Shown here: piece after piece, positions 19,919 to 32,700 of the stretch
How the letters are laid out: each line of letters begins with the position of its first letter
Numbering within the stretch: the stretch's first letter is position 1
DNA from: Chrysomallon squamiferum
Taxonomy: Eukaryota; Animalia; Mollusca
Direction of reading: 5' to 3'
DNA: 64,000 nt
Assembly: GCA_012295275.1 (NCBI GenBank)
Contig: CM022665.1
Coordinates: 47,492,001-47,556,000 of the forward strand
Notes under the pieces: model-generated
The model's database searches: none
What the model saw: the letters and a program-made list of their open reading frames with translations, nothing else
What the model was told of the DNA's origin: nothing
Made by a program: the position numbers and the translations under genes

Positions 19919-21744
19919 ACAAACAAACAAACAAGCCAATGAAAAAGTAACTAAATTATCGAAGGAATAAATGAATCAGTCAAGAAACAAAGAAATAAAC
20001 GAGTAAATACCTGTTGGTTAAGACCATAATTGACGGAATTCCCAGCAGTTCTATGAAAGACATTAAAAAAATGTTCAAGTACAGATTTCCCGACAGCCTG
20101 TCCACGCCGAAAGACAAACCATAGTAAATAACCGCAATAAAACACCTGTAGATGATCAAAAAAAAATTAATAACTAACAGACCTAAATCGTAGCAAATAG
20201 TGACAGAGAAAACTGAACAGATATTACTACAACTATTACTACTATTACTATACCTACCATCACGACGACTACTACTACTACTACTACTACTACTAATACT
20301 AAAAAGAAAAAAGGAAAACAAAAATAATAATAAATCAGCAATAACAAAAATGAAAAGCCTGTAAAAAATTTGACCAAGATCCATAATATAATAATAATTT
20401 ATAAAATTTATAAATCCAAAGTGAAAACGTACCAGACAAAATCAATCATCAAAGTGAGTTTGATCATCTTCCAGCCCCTCACTATCTCCACGTACGTGTA
20501 TTTGCCACGTGACTCGCGACCACGTGACTCCTCTTTCGCCACTGCCCGTAGTTTCTCTTTACAGTCGAGAGGTCTCGTCGTTCTGTTCACTGAACACATT
20601 CGATAAATCACTCGTTCCGCTTCATCGATCCGGTTCTGCACCGCTAACCACCGCACACTTTCTGGTGCAAAACTTGCGGAACGAAAAATAAGAGAAAATA
20701 AAAATTGTTGAAGTAGTGAAAGTTTAAAAAGTGATAAAAAAAAAATTCACGTGAAAGCGCTATTGCTGTTAATTTAAATACAATTTTGTGTCTGTTAATT
20801 CTTTTTAAGTAGAGTGCTCGTTAAACGGGGACAGACTGTAGTTGTGTTTTTTTTTTTTTTTTTTTTTTAGGATTTCAATACCTATTGTTCGAATATATAG
20901 TCTAATTTTATTTGGGTTGAATTTTAATTTATTTAATTATTTAGCTTGTTAGCTAGTCATTTAGTTAGTTATATTTATGTTTTATATTTTTAATATATAT
21001 ATATATCATCGTAAATTTTGGCTTTTACTTTGAAATATTATGTTCTACCATAAATATAAACTGGTGGGAAAAAAAATAAAATAATAATAAAACGCTTACA
21101 AAAATCCTACAAGAAAGATGGGATGCAGGGCAGCACACACCAGGTGGAGCTGTGACCAGTCCTGCAGCAGCCATGCAGACAACGCGAACAACATCGTCCC
21201 CAACTGCCAGTTAGGAATGGAGCTGCAGATGGATCTCTCTTTCACCCCGATGAACTCCATGGGATAAGTGAAACACACAACCACTAGCGACCCCATCGCC
21301 AGTCCCAGGAGAAACCTCAGCGCGGCAAACATCTGCCACGTCGTGGAGAACGCCGCGACGACGTTGCCGATGCCGTGAACGAGGAGGGAGACGTAGAGGG
21401 TGTAGCGACGTCCGAACGCGTCCGCGCAGTGGCCTCCGACCAGACAGCCGAGCAGAACCCCGACCATCTGTATGGACGTCACAGCAGGGCTGACCCACGC
21501 CCTGTCACAGGCCAGGTCCCACTGTCAAAAACAACCAAACTGTGAAACGACAGCAGCGACGAATACATCGCTGTCAACAGCAATACCGTCATCATTATTA
21601 ACAACAACAACAGCATACATCACTGTCAATAGCAATACCGTCATCATTATTAACAACAACAGCAGAAACAACAACAACAACACAACAAAAACAAGGAACG
21701 TAGTAATTTTTCAGTTTTCAGACTAAAAGTTTATTTTATCAAAC

Positions 21745-21790
<46 letters not shown>

Positions 21791-22102
21791 GTACTACCAT
21801 TTCTACAACTATTATTAATACTGAGAACTAACCTCATTGACAATAGTCCGGATGGCGTATGAATACACTCTGACGCACTGTGACGTCACGTTCTGCTCGC
21901 AGACCTGATACGTCGCGTTGTCCCTGGTGAAATTTCCTCCGCTGTTTGAGGCGCACCACCAGTCTGGCGCCACCCCAGCGTAAGACATCGCCAGCATGCT
22001 CCACCCTAGTATAATCCTGGGTGATAACGTGAGAACGAGCATGAGAACCTGGAACCGAGAAAATTTCCCAGTCTCCGCCAGAAGATTTTCTAGGGTAGCC
22101 AT
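17279..22102 (-). CDS. SLC22-family transporter, paralogue C (~525 aa, inverted duplicate of B)
   Basis: Minus-strand exons 22102-21833, 21521-21100, 20672-20433, 20145-20011, 19715-19633, 19336-19216, 18560-18485 and 17509-17279. Lengths are identical to B, all junctions are GT-AG, and the same motifs are present (SESYPTVIRN). Confidence 0.93.
18791..19050 (+). mobile_element. Degenerate 3' end of an RTE-like non-LTR retrotransposon
   Basis: Frameshifted peptides LGVSDIKQKV / RLHWCSHMYRMEE / VQGRRPR / AQHRNVWR resemble the RTE ORF C-terminal motifs RLRWxGHVxRM, GxRxRGRP and AxDRxxWR. A GAA/GAAA tail follows. Absent from paralogue B intron 6. Confidence 0.6.
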
Positions 22103-22610
22103 TTTGTTTACCTGTAAAAAAAGATGACAGTCCTCAGAGTAGTTATTAAATTATTGGAAATCTGGCCTCGGTTCTGGAAAGAGGCAGATGACGACGATAA
22201 AAACGGAAAGCTGTGAAAAGAATGACAACACAAACAACCGCCATGTTTGAGATAAGAAAAAAAAAAAAAAAAAAAAATAAAAAAAAAATATATATATATA
22301 TATATACAGCCAGGAACTTTTTCGCTTTTTTTTTTTGGTTTTTCTTCGATGAGTTTGCAAACGTATTGTGTGTGTGTTGAACACTGGATATATCTCCTAA
22401 GATTTTTTTTCCATAATACAACCGAACATCTGTAACAGCAATATCTGTGGAGGAGGAAGAATAAAGGTATTGTTTACCAAGCTAGTGTAACTTTAGATAT
22501 AGCAAAGGTCCCGCGCATTTCTTCAAAGGTTTCCATGGTTACTATGACATTAATTTCATCTGGCGCTAAATCAACACAGCTGCTTATTCATTCTCGTCAG
22601 TTTGTGATCC

Positions 22611-23140
22611 TGGCAGGGAATAATACTTACTAGTAGGGAGGGAATAGTAGATTACTGGCAGGGAATATTACTTAGTTGTAGGGAATAGTAGATTACTGAC
22701 AGGGAATATTACTTAGTAGTAGGGAATAGTAGATTACTGACAGGGAATATTACTTAGTAGTATGGAATAGTAGATTACTGACAGGGAATATTACTTAGTA
22801 GTAGGGAATAGTAGATTACTGGCAGGGAATATTACTTACTAGTAGGGAATACAAGCTCAATGGCAGGGAATACTACTTACTGTAGGGAATACAAGCTCAA
22901 TGGCAGGGAATACTACTTACTGTCAGGGAATATAGCACTGGCACGGAAGACTAAATTACTGTCAGGTAAGTACCAGCTTGTTGTCAAGGAATACTAGATT
23001 ACTGATAGGGAATATTAGCTTACTGGCAGGGAATATAACCTTACTGTCAGAGAATACTGGATTACTGGCATTACTAGTTTACCGTCAGGGAATACTAGTT
23101 TACTGGTGGGGAATAGTAGCTTTACTGGCACGGAATACTA
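22611..23140 (+). repeat. ~40-bp (2 x ~20-bp) minisatellite, degenerating rightwards
   Basis: Unit CAGGGAATATTACTTAGTAGTAGGGAATAGTAGATTACTGA. Confidence 0.85.
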
Positions 23141-23692
23141 ATTTACTCGTGTTTCTATTATAATAACTGTCATTTCCAAATACTTTACTATCGGAACAAA
23201 AGTTAGTTGTTGTTTTTTTTGTTTGATTGAAAGGCAAGTGTGATCTAAATGTATTACAAGTTATGTAAATCATTTATTCGTTAACGGAAGTTACGTACGC
23301 CTCGAGCCACGTGCGCGCGAGATCTGCCAGACGAGACGAGCAATGTTATCTGAGACTTTTTTTTTTTTTGCTGATATCCAAGATTTCGTTCGTCTTCAAG
23401 GTAAACAGTTCATTGACCTACCACGTGGGTGGGGGGGGAGAGGGAAGAAGACAGCTATCACGTGTGCTAGTTAAGCTTGAACTTAACTGAGATTGGCCGT
23501 GTCTGTAACTAATTTAAACCGAAGGTGTCCGTATGATGATTATTTCTTGTTATCATTAAGGTTACACTTAAACACGAAGATTAACACGATTAATTAAATC
23601 ACACCAAAGCCTTCTGCTAGTACCTGAGGGGAAAAAAAAAAAAAAAATTAACGTTGTTTCATGTTAACGTCCTTAATAGTTTATTCTAGCGT

Positions 23693-23706
23693 CCACCAGG
23701 TGGCGC
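23693..23706 (+). promoter_or_regulatory. CTCF consensus site
   Basis: CCACCAGGTGGCGC matches the CTCF core CCASYAGRKGGCRS at every position. Confidence 0.55.
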
Positions 23707-25910
23707 TTCACTAGCTGGCTGTTGCACGCGCGTGGCCTTTTTGGGGCAATGGTTGGTACCGAGCTTCGCTGGAGCAATAGGTGGGTGTGTAACCTGACCC
23801 CATAAGCTTCTAGTACCTGCAGACGTTGCCATGAAAACATCAAGACTAAATGATTATTAATTTCAATTTAATAATAATAATAATAATAGTGATAAATATA
23901 TAAATAAATAAATATTTCAAAAAATAACGATTCCCTAGGCTTCAGTATTAAGAATCAAGACGGCACTGATGCAGTGAACAAACGATTCATCTAAATAACT
24001 GTTATAAAATACAGTGCTCTGCCAATTGATGTGGAGTCCACTTTCAGACAGTGTACGATTTGAAACGCACGCCAAACTCACAATAATTTTAGAATGTACA
24101 AATTAAAGTTAAACGAGATTTATGTGACTGATCAAACTGTGAAAGATGATAGCAGAGGAATAAAGCTTCGACGTCTATTTATTTATTTATTTGTTTATTT
24201 ATTTATTTATGTATGTATGTATGTATGTACGTATTTATATATATATATTATTTTTATTTATTTATTTATTTATTTATATATGTACGTATTTATATATATA
24301 TATATATATTTTTTTTTTTATTTATTCGTTTATTTTTGTTTGTATGTATATATTTATTTATTTATTTATCTATGTATGTATGTATGTATGTATGTATGTA
24401 TGTATGTATTTATTTATTTTGACTATTGTTTCATTCCAAGTTTTTTAAGCAAAATCACTGCCTTATCATCATACTTTATCTCTTTAACTATAGCTAACCT
24501 GACGTTCGCGAGGTTGCAGGATCAATGCTCTTCCAGGCTTTTATTTCCGAGGTGCTCTCTCAGTCACAAAGTGAATAACAGACAGGCTTAGCATAGACGG
24601 AATCCGATCACTTGTCTGGTCACGGGAAATAACGCGAGATTTGATGACATTGGTTAGGTACGGATTCCGCAAGTTAAAGTAACTTCTGTGCTAAACTTTG
24701 TCTAATTTATAAAAACTGACAGTCGATATGATTGCTATGGGAAACGAGATAAGCTGGTTACATCATACAGATGTAATTGTGTTACAAACACGTATAATTT
24801 AATGTTTATAATACGTCGAAATCTTGTCACTCCTTTTTCTAGACGTAAACGTCAGATTAATGTTATCTGAGGTGAAAGACTTTTTGACCTTTTTCAACAG
24901 TCTTGACCTGTTTATCAGGAGACGGGGTTATCTGTTGGTAGGTTTCTTTTTCTTTCTTTTACATTCTTTTCTCTTTTTTCTTTTTCCAGATTAGTGTGTT
25001 AAAAGGTTAGTTTGAAAAAAAAAAAAAAATAGAAAAAAAAAATTAGCCTCGATTCAGGACATTGCTCTAAGTCTGAAGATGCGAGGTGGATTCGATCTCG
25101 GAAACTGCTGATCGTTACAACAGTAATTTAGCCGTGATATCAAGTTTTCTTGTTGAAAAGTAAAAATAAGCCAATAATTTCAGTTTTTTGTCTGTTACTG
25201 ACCACGCTTAATTTGGCAGTTCACAGCTTTCGCAGTTGTACACAGAAAAGCTTGAAAATGCACAGGCGTCAAGCATGTAGCCTACAGGTGCTGGTGGTGT
25301 TGTTTTTTTTTTGTTTTTTTTCTATATTCATCCCATGCTGAAATCTGTATCATCGGATCACCAAAAGTGACCTTTAAACCCAAAAATTTAAGACGCCATT
25401 TTCTCTCAGGATATATTAAAATGCAGTAAATATTCTTAAAGTTTTATTATTCAAACAGCAGTTTGTTCAGAATTAAAAGATCTATATAACGAGATGTTAC
25501 AAGATATACTTCAAACCCCACAAACAAGGCTGGGTAGGTTGACAGGTAGGGGTGGGGTCGAATTACTCAGTTCACCTGCAGGGCAAGAACAGTGCGCTTA
25601 TAAAGCTAAGTATATCTGAGTTTGTGTTTCTCCGTAACGTCATCAAATTACAGACGATAATCCAGTTTCCACAAGCGACTTTTTATTTGACGTTAACTAA
25701 TCTGACAATTTTCAACAATTTATCAGCTTCCATTCGTGTCCTTGTTTTGTTTTGTTTTGATTTTTAATAGTAAAACAAGCGTTTGTGAACACATATGTAA
25801 TTATTCACCGTAATAAATTAAAATGTAGATACACCGATTACAAATTACCTCCCTTGAAATCGCTAACATCAACTTCCTCGAACAAGAAAACAAATGAGAA
25901 AAATAAAAGA

Positions 25911-25951
<41 letters not shown>

Positions 25952-26458
25952 AATGTTCCTTGTATCGCTTCATTCTATTGTTTTCAAGGAAAGCCTCACA
26001 ATAAACCTTCCTATCAATTTGCTTAATAAGAACGTAGACTGCAGAAATGTATTTTTATACGAAAAAAAAAAAAAAAAAAAAACGTCATGCTTTTCCAGAT
26101 AAGATTACTTTTGGACCTTCTTCGACGAGTCGGTAGAAATGACGTCACGTGTGTTTTCTGACTCATAGATTATTTAAAACAAACTTACAAAGTATTGCAC
26201 AGCTGCAACAAAGTACACATTTAAGTCTTCTCTGAACAAAGGTTTACTTGTGCCGGGCTTATGAATGTTAGCAATTTTCAGTTGATTCGGGATTGATACA
26301 AACCACACACACACCACATTTCACATTATCGCGAATCCAGTACGGCCATATATATATATATATATAAAAATATATATAAAGAACATTAAAGGTAATAATA
26401 ATATACACATTGCTGTATTTACTTACCATCATTAGCTACAATATATGTATGTATGTAC

Positions 26459-26495
<37 letters not shown>

Positions 26496-26987
26496 TTGTC
26501 AAATAACGTAAATGATACTATCTGCTGCAAAGTCAGTTTATATCTACTTACCTCACGATTACCTGTATTATGTCACATGAAACGCGACTGCTTGTCAACT
26601 CTGTTAAGAGTTTTAAACTTCTTTTTTTTCTTCTTCTTATTTTTTTTTTTTTTTTTTTTTTTTTTGGTTTTTTTCACTGGGTTCACTAAAGGATATCGTA
26701 CTGAATGTACAACACAAATATCTACGTCGTTGTCTCACAGATACCACGTCAGACAAGATACTGCGACAGTATGTGTTGTAGTTGTTGTTGTTGTTAAATG
26801 CGGCCGTAGTGGTAATAATACAAAAAAAACTAACTAAATCTTGCCCCTATTTTCAACCTTAATTCGGTGGCATAGACAATTACGTGTGTACATAATAATA
26901 ATTAGACGTACATAATCGTATGCGCAGACATTCACAAGCAGCAAATATCCGCAGCAGATTGTATGCACTGACACAAACATACTGAAC

Positions 26988-27095
<108 letters not shown>

Positions 27096-28078
27096 GCACC
27101 TAGAGACTAAACTATACTAATCATTAGAAAACTTACGTTATGATTGATATTTTTACGAGTGGTAAAGTTACAGAAATCTTGCAACACTGTTGTGGATGCC
27201 CAAAGCTATGAATGCCGTAACACTCATAAAAATGTCATTATGATCGTCTTTATCAGCCATTTTGATCTGCTCAGTATCTGCCAACTGTTTGAAAGAGGAA
27301 TGTACGATTGTGTGAACTGTACGTTCACAGAAAATAACTGTATATGTCTTGCATACCAGTACGTTTACAGAATATAACAGCATATGTCGTGTATTCTGTT
27401 GTATGTTCTATATATCAAAAACATTCATATGTGTATGTATAGTTTGAATATTTTCAGAATAACAAAACGTAATTAAATGTTTCTTTTTTTTTCTTTCTTT
27501 CTGTTTCTGTGTAACAGCTGGTTGAACAAATGAAGCAATGCTGATCAGAAGTGGAATAAATACTGAAAACAACTCACAACAAATTTGTTCATGCAGTACG
27601 TTTGTACTTAACGCCTCTGTAACATTTATTTATTATCGTTGTGTTATAGTATATTAATTTTCACGACGATCTACATTTAAATATAGTCTGTTCAGTTCGC
27701 AGAAATGTATATGGGGGAGGGTGGCGTAATCGATGGTAAATTGGCAAGGGAGATAATGATGTCAGTGTCTATCATAACGGATCCCCGGGAAATATTGATG
27801 ACGTTACAGCACATTTCTACTGCGCGTTACAACATGGCACCCGCCATTACTGCGAAAACTTCATACAGTTTAAATCGTCTGACTAGTTTTATTTATTTAT
27901 TTATTATTATTATTAGTAGTAGTAGTAGTAGTAGTAGTAGTTTTGATTATTATTATTATTATTTTTACGGTTCCACGGCGGATCTTGGCGTACCCACCCC
28001 TTAAACCTTCCTCTCAGTACGGGAATTCGGGTACCTCTTTTAATTTACGTTTTTAAGGGCGGGTTTCATTCACGCCTG

Positions 28079-28124
<46 letters not shown>

Positions 28125-28632
28125 TGTTTTATGTATTATGATTGTGTTTTACAGCCATTTTGATTTTGATTTTTAGTGTCTCCCAGTATTACTCATCTGT
28201 AACAAACGATATTATGAATCAGTGCGAGAAGCTAAAACACTGCGTTACAAGACGAGAAATTACCACAGGCTACGCAGTAACGATCACTGGGAGTTATTTA
28301 ATGTTTTTGTTGTTGTTGTTGTTGTTGTTTTAATTTTTCTCTTATTATTATTTATTAATTTGCTTCCAGTTCGCATTTTCATTTATTGCCAGATGAAAAC
28401 AAATTGTTAAAAACCATTGCAGAAATAATTGTTACACGTTTTATACCTGTAAAACCTATGTTATATTTATATTTATATTTATATTTATTCATATTCAGAT
28501 TATTTTTATTAGAATAGTAGCAGTAATCATTTTGCCTGCTAATTTTCTTAAATACATATATTTGAATGATTTAGAGTCTGAAATGATTATAGTAAGGTAA
28601 CGGTGTTATATTTGATTATTTAACAAATAATA

Positions 28633-28679
<47 letters not shown>

Positions 28680-28899
28680 GGTCTGGCTTTCCATTCATCT
28701 CCATTTTAACAGAAGCTTATTTACAGCTGCTAGCCTCGTTTATAGAATCCGATGGTAGCCGAACATTGCCGAATTTACATCTGAGCGGAGCAGCAACGAA
28801 ATAACAGTGTATGGCTCAGGGAAACAGTCAATATCTCTGATACGTTGCATTTCCTAAAACCTATAATTTATTTATTAAGTTTTAATTTTATAATAAAGT

Positions 28900-29215
28900 A
28901 TGACTGTGGATGGAGGAAAAGGGTTTACCCTTCCGTCAGGCCCATCAAATTTATGCTTTGACAAGGAAGAATTTATGAGAGTAAGTTTTGAATTTCTGTC
29001 AAAACAAGTTTCATATATCTGTCATGTGCAAGATTCAACGCATCCTAAAATCGGTCTATATCTAAACAATTGTTATTAAAAATTTTTGTTATTAATGTTT
29101 TTTATATTTAAAACCTAAGGACCTTCTTTCTGTTCACTGTACTAGAAGTCAGAGCTATTGATTATCAAAATTGAATTACACACACACACACACTCTCTCT
29201 CTCTCTCTCTCTCTC

Positions 29216-29301
<86 letters not shown>

Positions 29302-29708
29302 CACAGACTAAAATGATTGTGTGTGTGTGTGTGTGTGTACTGGCTGTTCTGAGGTTTTTTTTGTTGTTACCATCATCATTATTATTATTTTGTTTATCAT
29401 TACAGGCTGAGTTCCATGTGGACAAGTTTCGTAGTTGAGTGTCGACGCCATGTACAGCTGGAAAGTTTACGAGATGATCTGAACATTTATCTGAAAATTC
29501 TCAAAAGCGCCATGATAGAACTCATCAACAAGGACTATGCTGATTTTGTCAACCTGTCGACCAATCTGGCAAGATTTAATTTTATATCAGCACCAGTCAC
29601 TGATTACACATTTTAATATAAAATTTCTAAATTAGTCAAGGTTATCCAATTTAATGTTAAGTAATTTATAAACCAGTATTATTTTTTGTAATATATTTTG
29701 TGTGTATC

Positions 29709-29739
<31 letters not shown>

Positions 29740-32700
29740 ACATATGTGAATGTAAATCCATATGTGCTTGTGTGTGTGTGTATATATACATATGTATTTG
29801 TGTGTGTCTGTCTGTGTAAAATGATAAAATGTATATATTGGTTTACATGTATGTTTGTGTATATATGCATATATTAAACAGAATAACCAGTTTACATTTA
29901 GCATAGCAGAACTGAAGAGTCTTGCAGCATTCTTAATTTAATATGTATCATTAATCAAATTTAAATACTGAAATCTATTTTATATTTTACTGACAATGAT
30001 TACATTGTAATTTAAAAATTTCAGGTTGGAATGGACAAAGCTATCAGCAGTCTGACAGTTCCTCTTGGACAACTAAAAGAAGAAGTCTTAGTGAGTCTGT
30101 GTTTTAGTGTTTTCATTATTAAGTACTTTACTGGGTTGACATGTGATTATTTTTTACATACACAGAGATGCACACAAATGAACACTGACATACACACAAA
30201 TGCATATACAAATGCAAATACACACAACACACACACACACAACATCATATAGAAATACTCAGTTGCACAAATACACACAACCTTACAGACCTATGCATAT
30301 ATAAATGCACATACACATACATAGATACATACATACATGCACACACAGAGAAATGCACAAATATACACAAACACACATACACGTACACACATACTTTTAT
30401 ACACACACATTCAAACATACATACAAACACAAAAATCACACACACATGCACATACTCACATACACACACACACACTGCTAAGTAATGTCAAGAAAAAAAA
30501 CATTTCTTTACATTTCACTTTTATAAAGAATTGTAATTTTAAAACAACAAAAGATATTACATTTTTTCTTGTTGAAACAAAGGCATTGCTAAGTATTCCA
30601 AAATACAATTAGTAAATATTTATATGACAAAGCCTTTTTTGTTGAAACAAACACATTGCTAAGTCTCAGTATTTAGTAAGTGTTTGGTTGACACAGTTTT
30701 CTTGTTAAAAAACAAACACATTGCTAAATCTCACTAGTGTTTGTGTGAAGAAGTAAAAATGTACAGAAGAGAGACACACTGTCTGACTCAAGTTGAAGAG
30801 TTCAAATTTCCAGCATCCTTCTTTCAGAGAAAAAAAAAAAAAAAAAAAATCAAAGATAAAATGTTTGAATGTTTTTTTAAATTCAGAACGTACAGAACGC
30901 CATGGATGAAGCTATAGCAGCTGTAGAAGAGAAACTGAGACAGCAGCAGGAGATTCAGAACAAAAAGGTAAAAATATTTTAGTATTTGATTCACTGTATG
31001 GTATGCATCCTGCATGTTACACCGTATATTCTTATGACTGGCCATTTTTAAAAACAAAATTTAAAGACATTCCATTTTGAAAAGAAATTGTTGGTACTCA
31101 CATATTGAAGACTGTCAGATCTGTGAAATATTCGGTGTATTCCTGAGTTCACTGTTCTGTTCAGTTTAATACAAGTTGGGGGTTTGTGGGGATCTGTTTT
31201 AATGATAGCAAATCTGTTTTCCAGTGCTCACTGTTTAAAAACTTTTACAATTTATCCTGGGTTTTTTGCATAAAAAAGAAATAAAAAGGAAAAAGGAAAG
31301 TAAAATCTTGTTTAGTATTAGGCTGATAATATTTTGTAGTTTTTGTTTTAGGCGTGTTTGCAACGTTTACTAAATATAAACCAGTCTGTGGAGAAGATTG
31401 AACATCTGCTGGGTATAAAAACATCAGGACAAATACCTGCACAGACACCAGGGTACTGCTTGTTTGTTTATCACATTTATACAGTAGACTATAGTTAAAT
31501 AAAAATTCCATTGAAGACAAGATGCTTGGTTGTTGAAATGCAAAATTTAACATTAAAAATACCATCACTTTGATATTTTGATTTCAAAATAGAGAAAAGT
31601 AATAAATGAAATTAATTAATATTTAGTTTATCAGCTTGCAGTTTAGATGGTAATTTAATGAGGATTCCGTTAAAGATAAGAATAGATCCTTCTCTTTTGT
31701 TTAAGTGAAAATCTGACATTAAAAATATCATCAACATGATGTTTTGACTTCAAAATAGACTTTGTAAAAAATTAAGAAATTAAGATAATTAATTTTTCGT
31801 TGATCATCTTGCAGATTTGACTTTAATTAAATGAAAATTATGTTGAAAACAATAACATATCCATGTTTGTTTCCAAAACTTAAAACTTAATATCAAAAAT
31901 AATCATCATTTTGATGTTTTGATTTCAAAACTGACCTTCAAAATGAATAAATTAAATACTGATAATTCTGAATGTGTGTCACAGTGTACCTGATATTATC
32001 ATCACTCACATAATATAAATTTTTTTAATTTTAAATTATTGTTTAATTTTTAAAATCCTGTGCTGTTTCAAACTGTTTTTCAGTCATCTGAGTGGACAGC
32101 TGATTGAGAGAGTTGCGACAGAATTTAACAAGCTGCAGTTCTACGTGACAAAGAGTCGAGGACTTCCATTGGTGGAGAAAATTAAACCTGTATGTTTAAA
32201 AAAATTATTTAAAAAAAATCCTGTAATATTCTGAATATTTAGTTTTAAAATTTTACATGTAATATTCTGAATTTTTTGTTTTAAAATTTTACATGTAATA
32301 TTCTGAATTTTTTATTTTAAAATTTTACATGTAATATTCTGAATTTTTTGTTTTAAAATTTTACATGTAATATTCTGAATTTTTTGTTTTAAAATTTTAC
32401 ATGTAATATTCTGAATTTTTTGTTTTAAAATTTTACATGTAATATTCTGAATTTTTTGTTTTAAAATTTTACATGTAATATTCTGAATTTTTTGTTTTAA
32501 AATTTTCCATTAATATTCTGAAATTTTATTTTTAAATTTTCCTGTAATATTCTGATTTTTTTTTTTTTTTTTTACATGTAATATTCTGATTTTTTTTTAA
32601 ATTTTACATGTAATATTCTGAATTTTTTTTTTTAATTTTACATGTAATATTCTGATTTTTAGTTTACATGTTTCTGAATTTTGAATTTTTACAAACATGT

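Noticed and set aside
25045-25130. tRNA-like B-box words (also ~5200, ~35905, ~41890)
   Set aside because: No cloverleaf or properly spaced A-box. At most they are decayed SINE fragments, so no tRNA gene is called.
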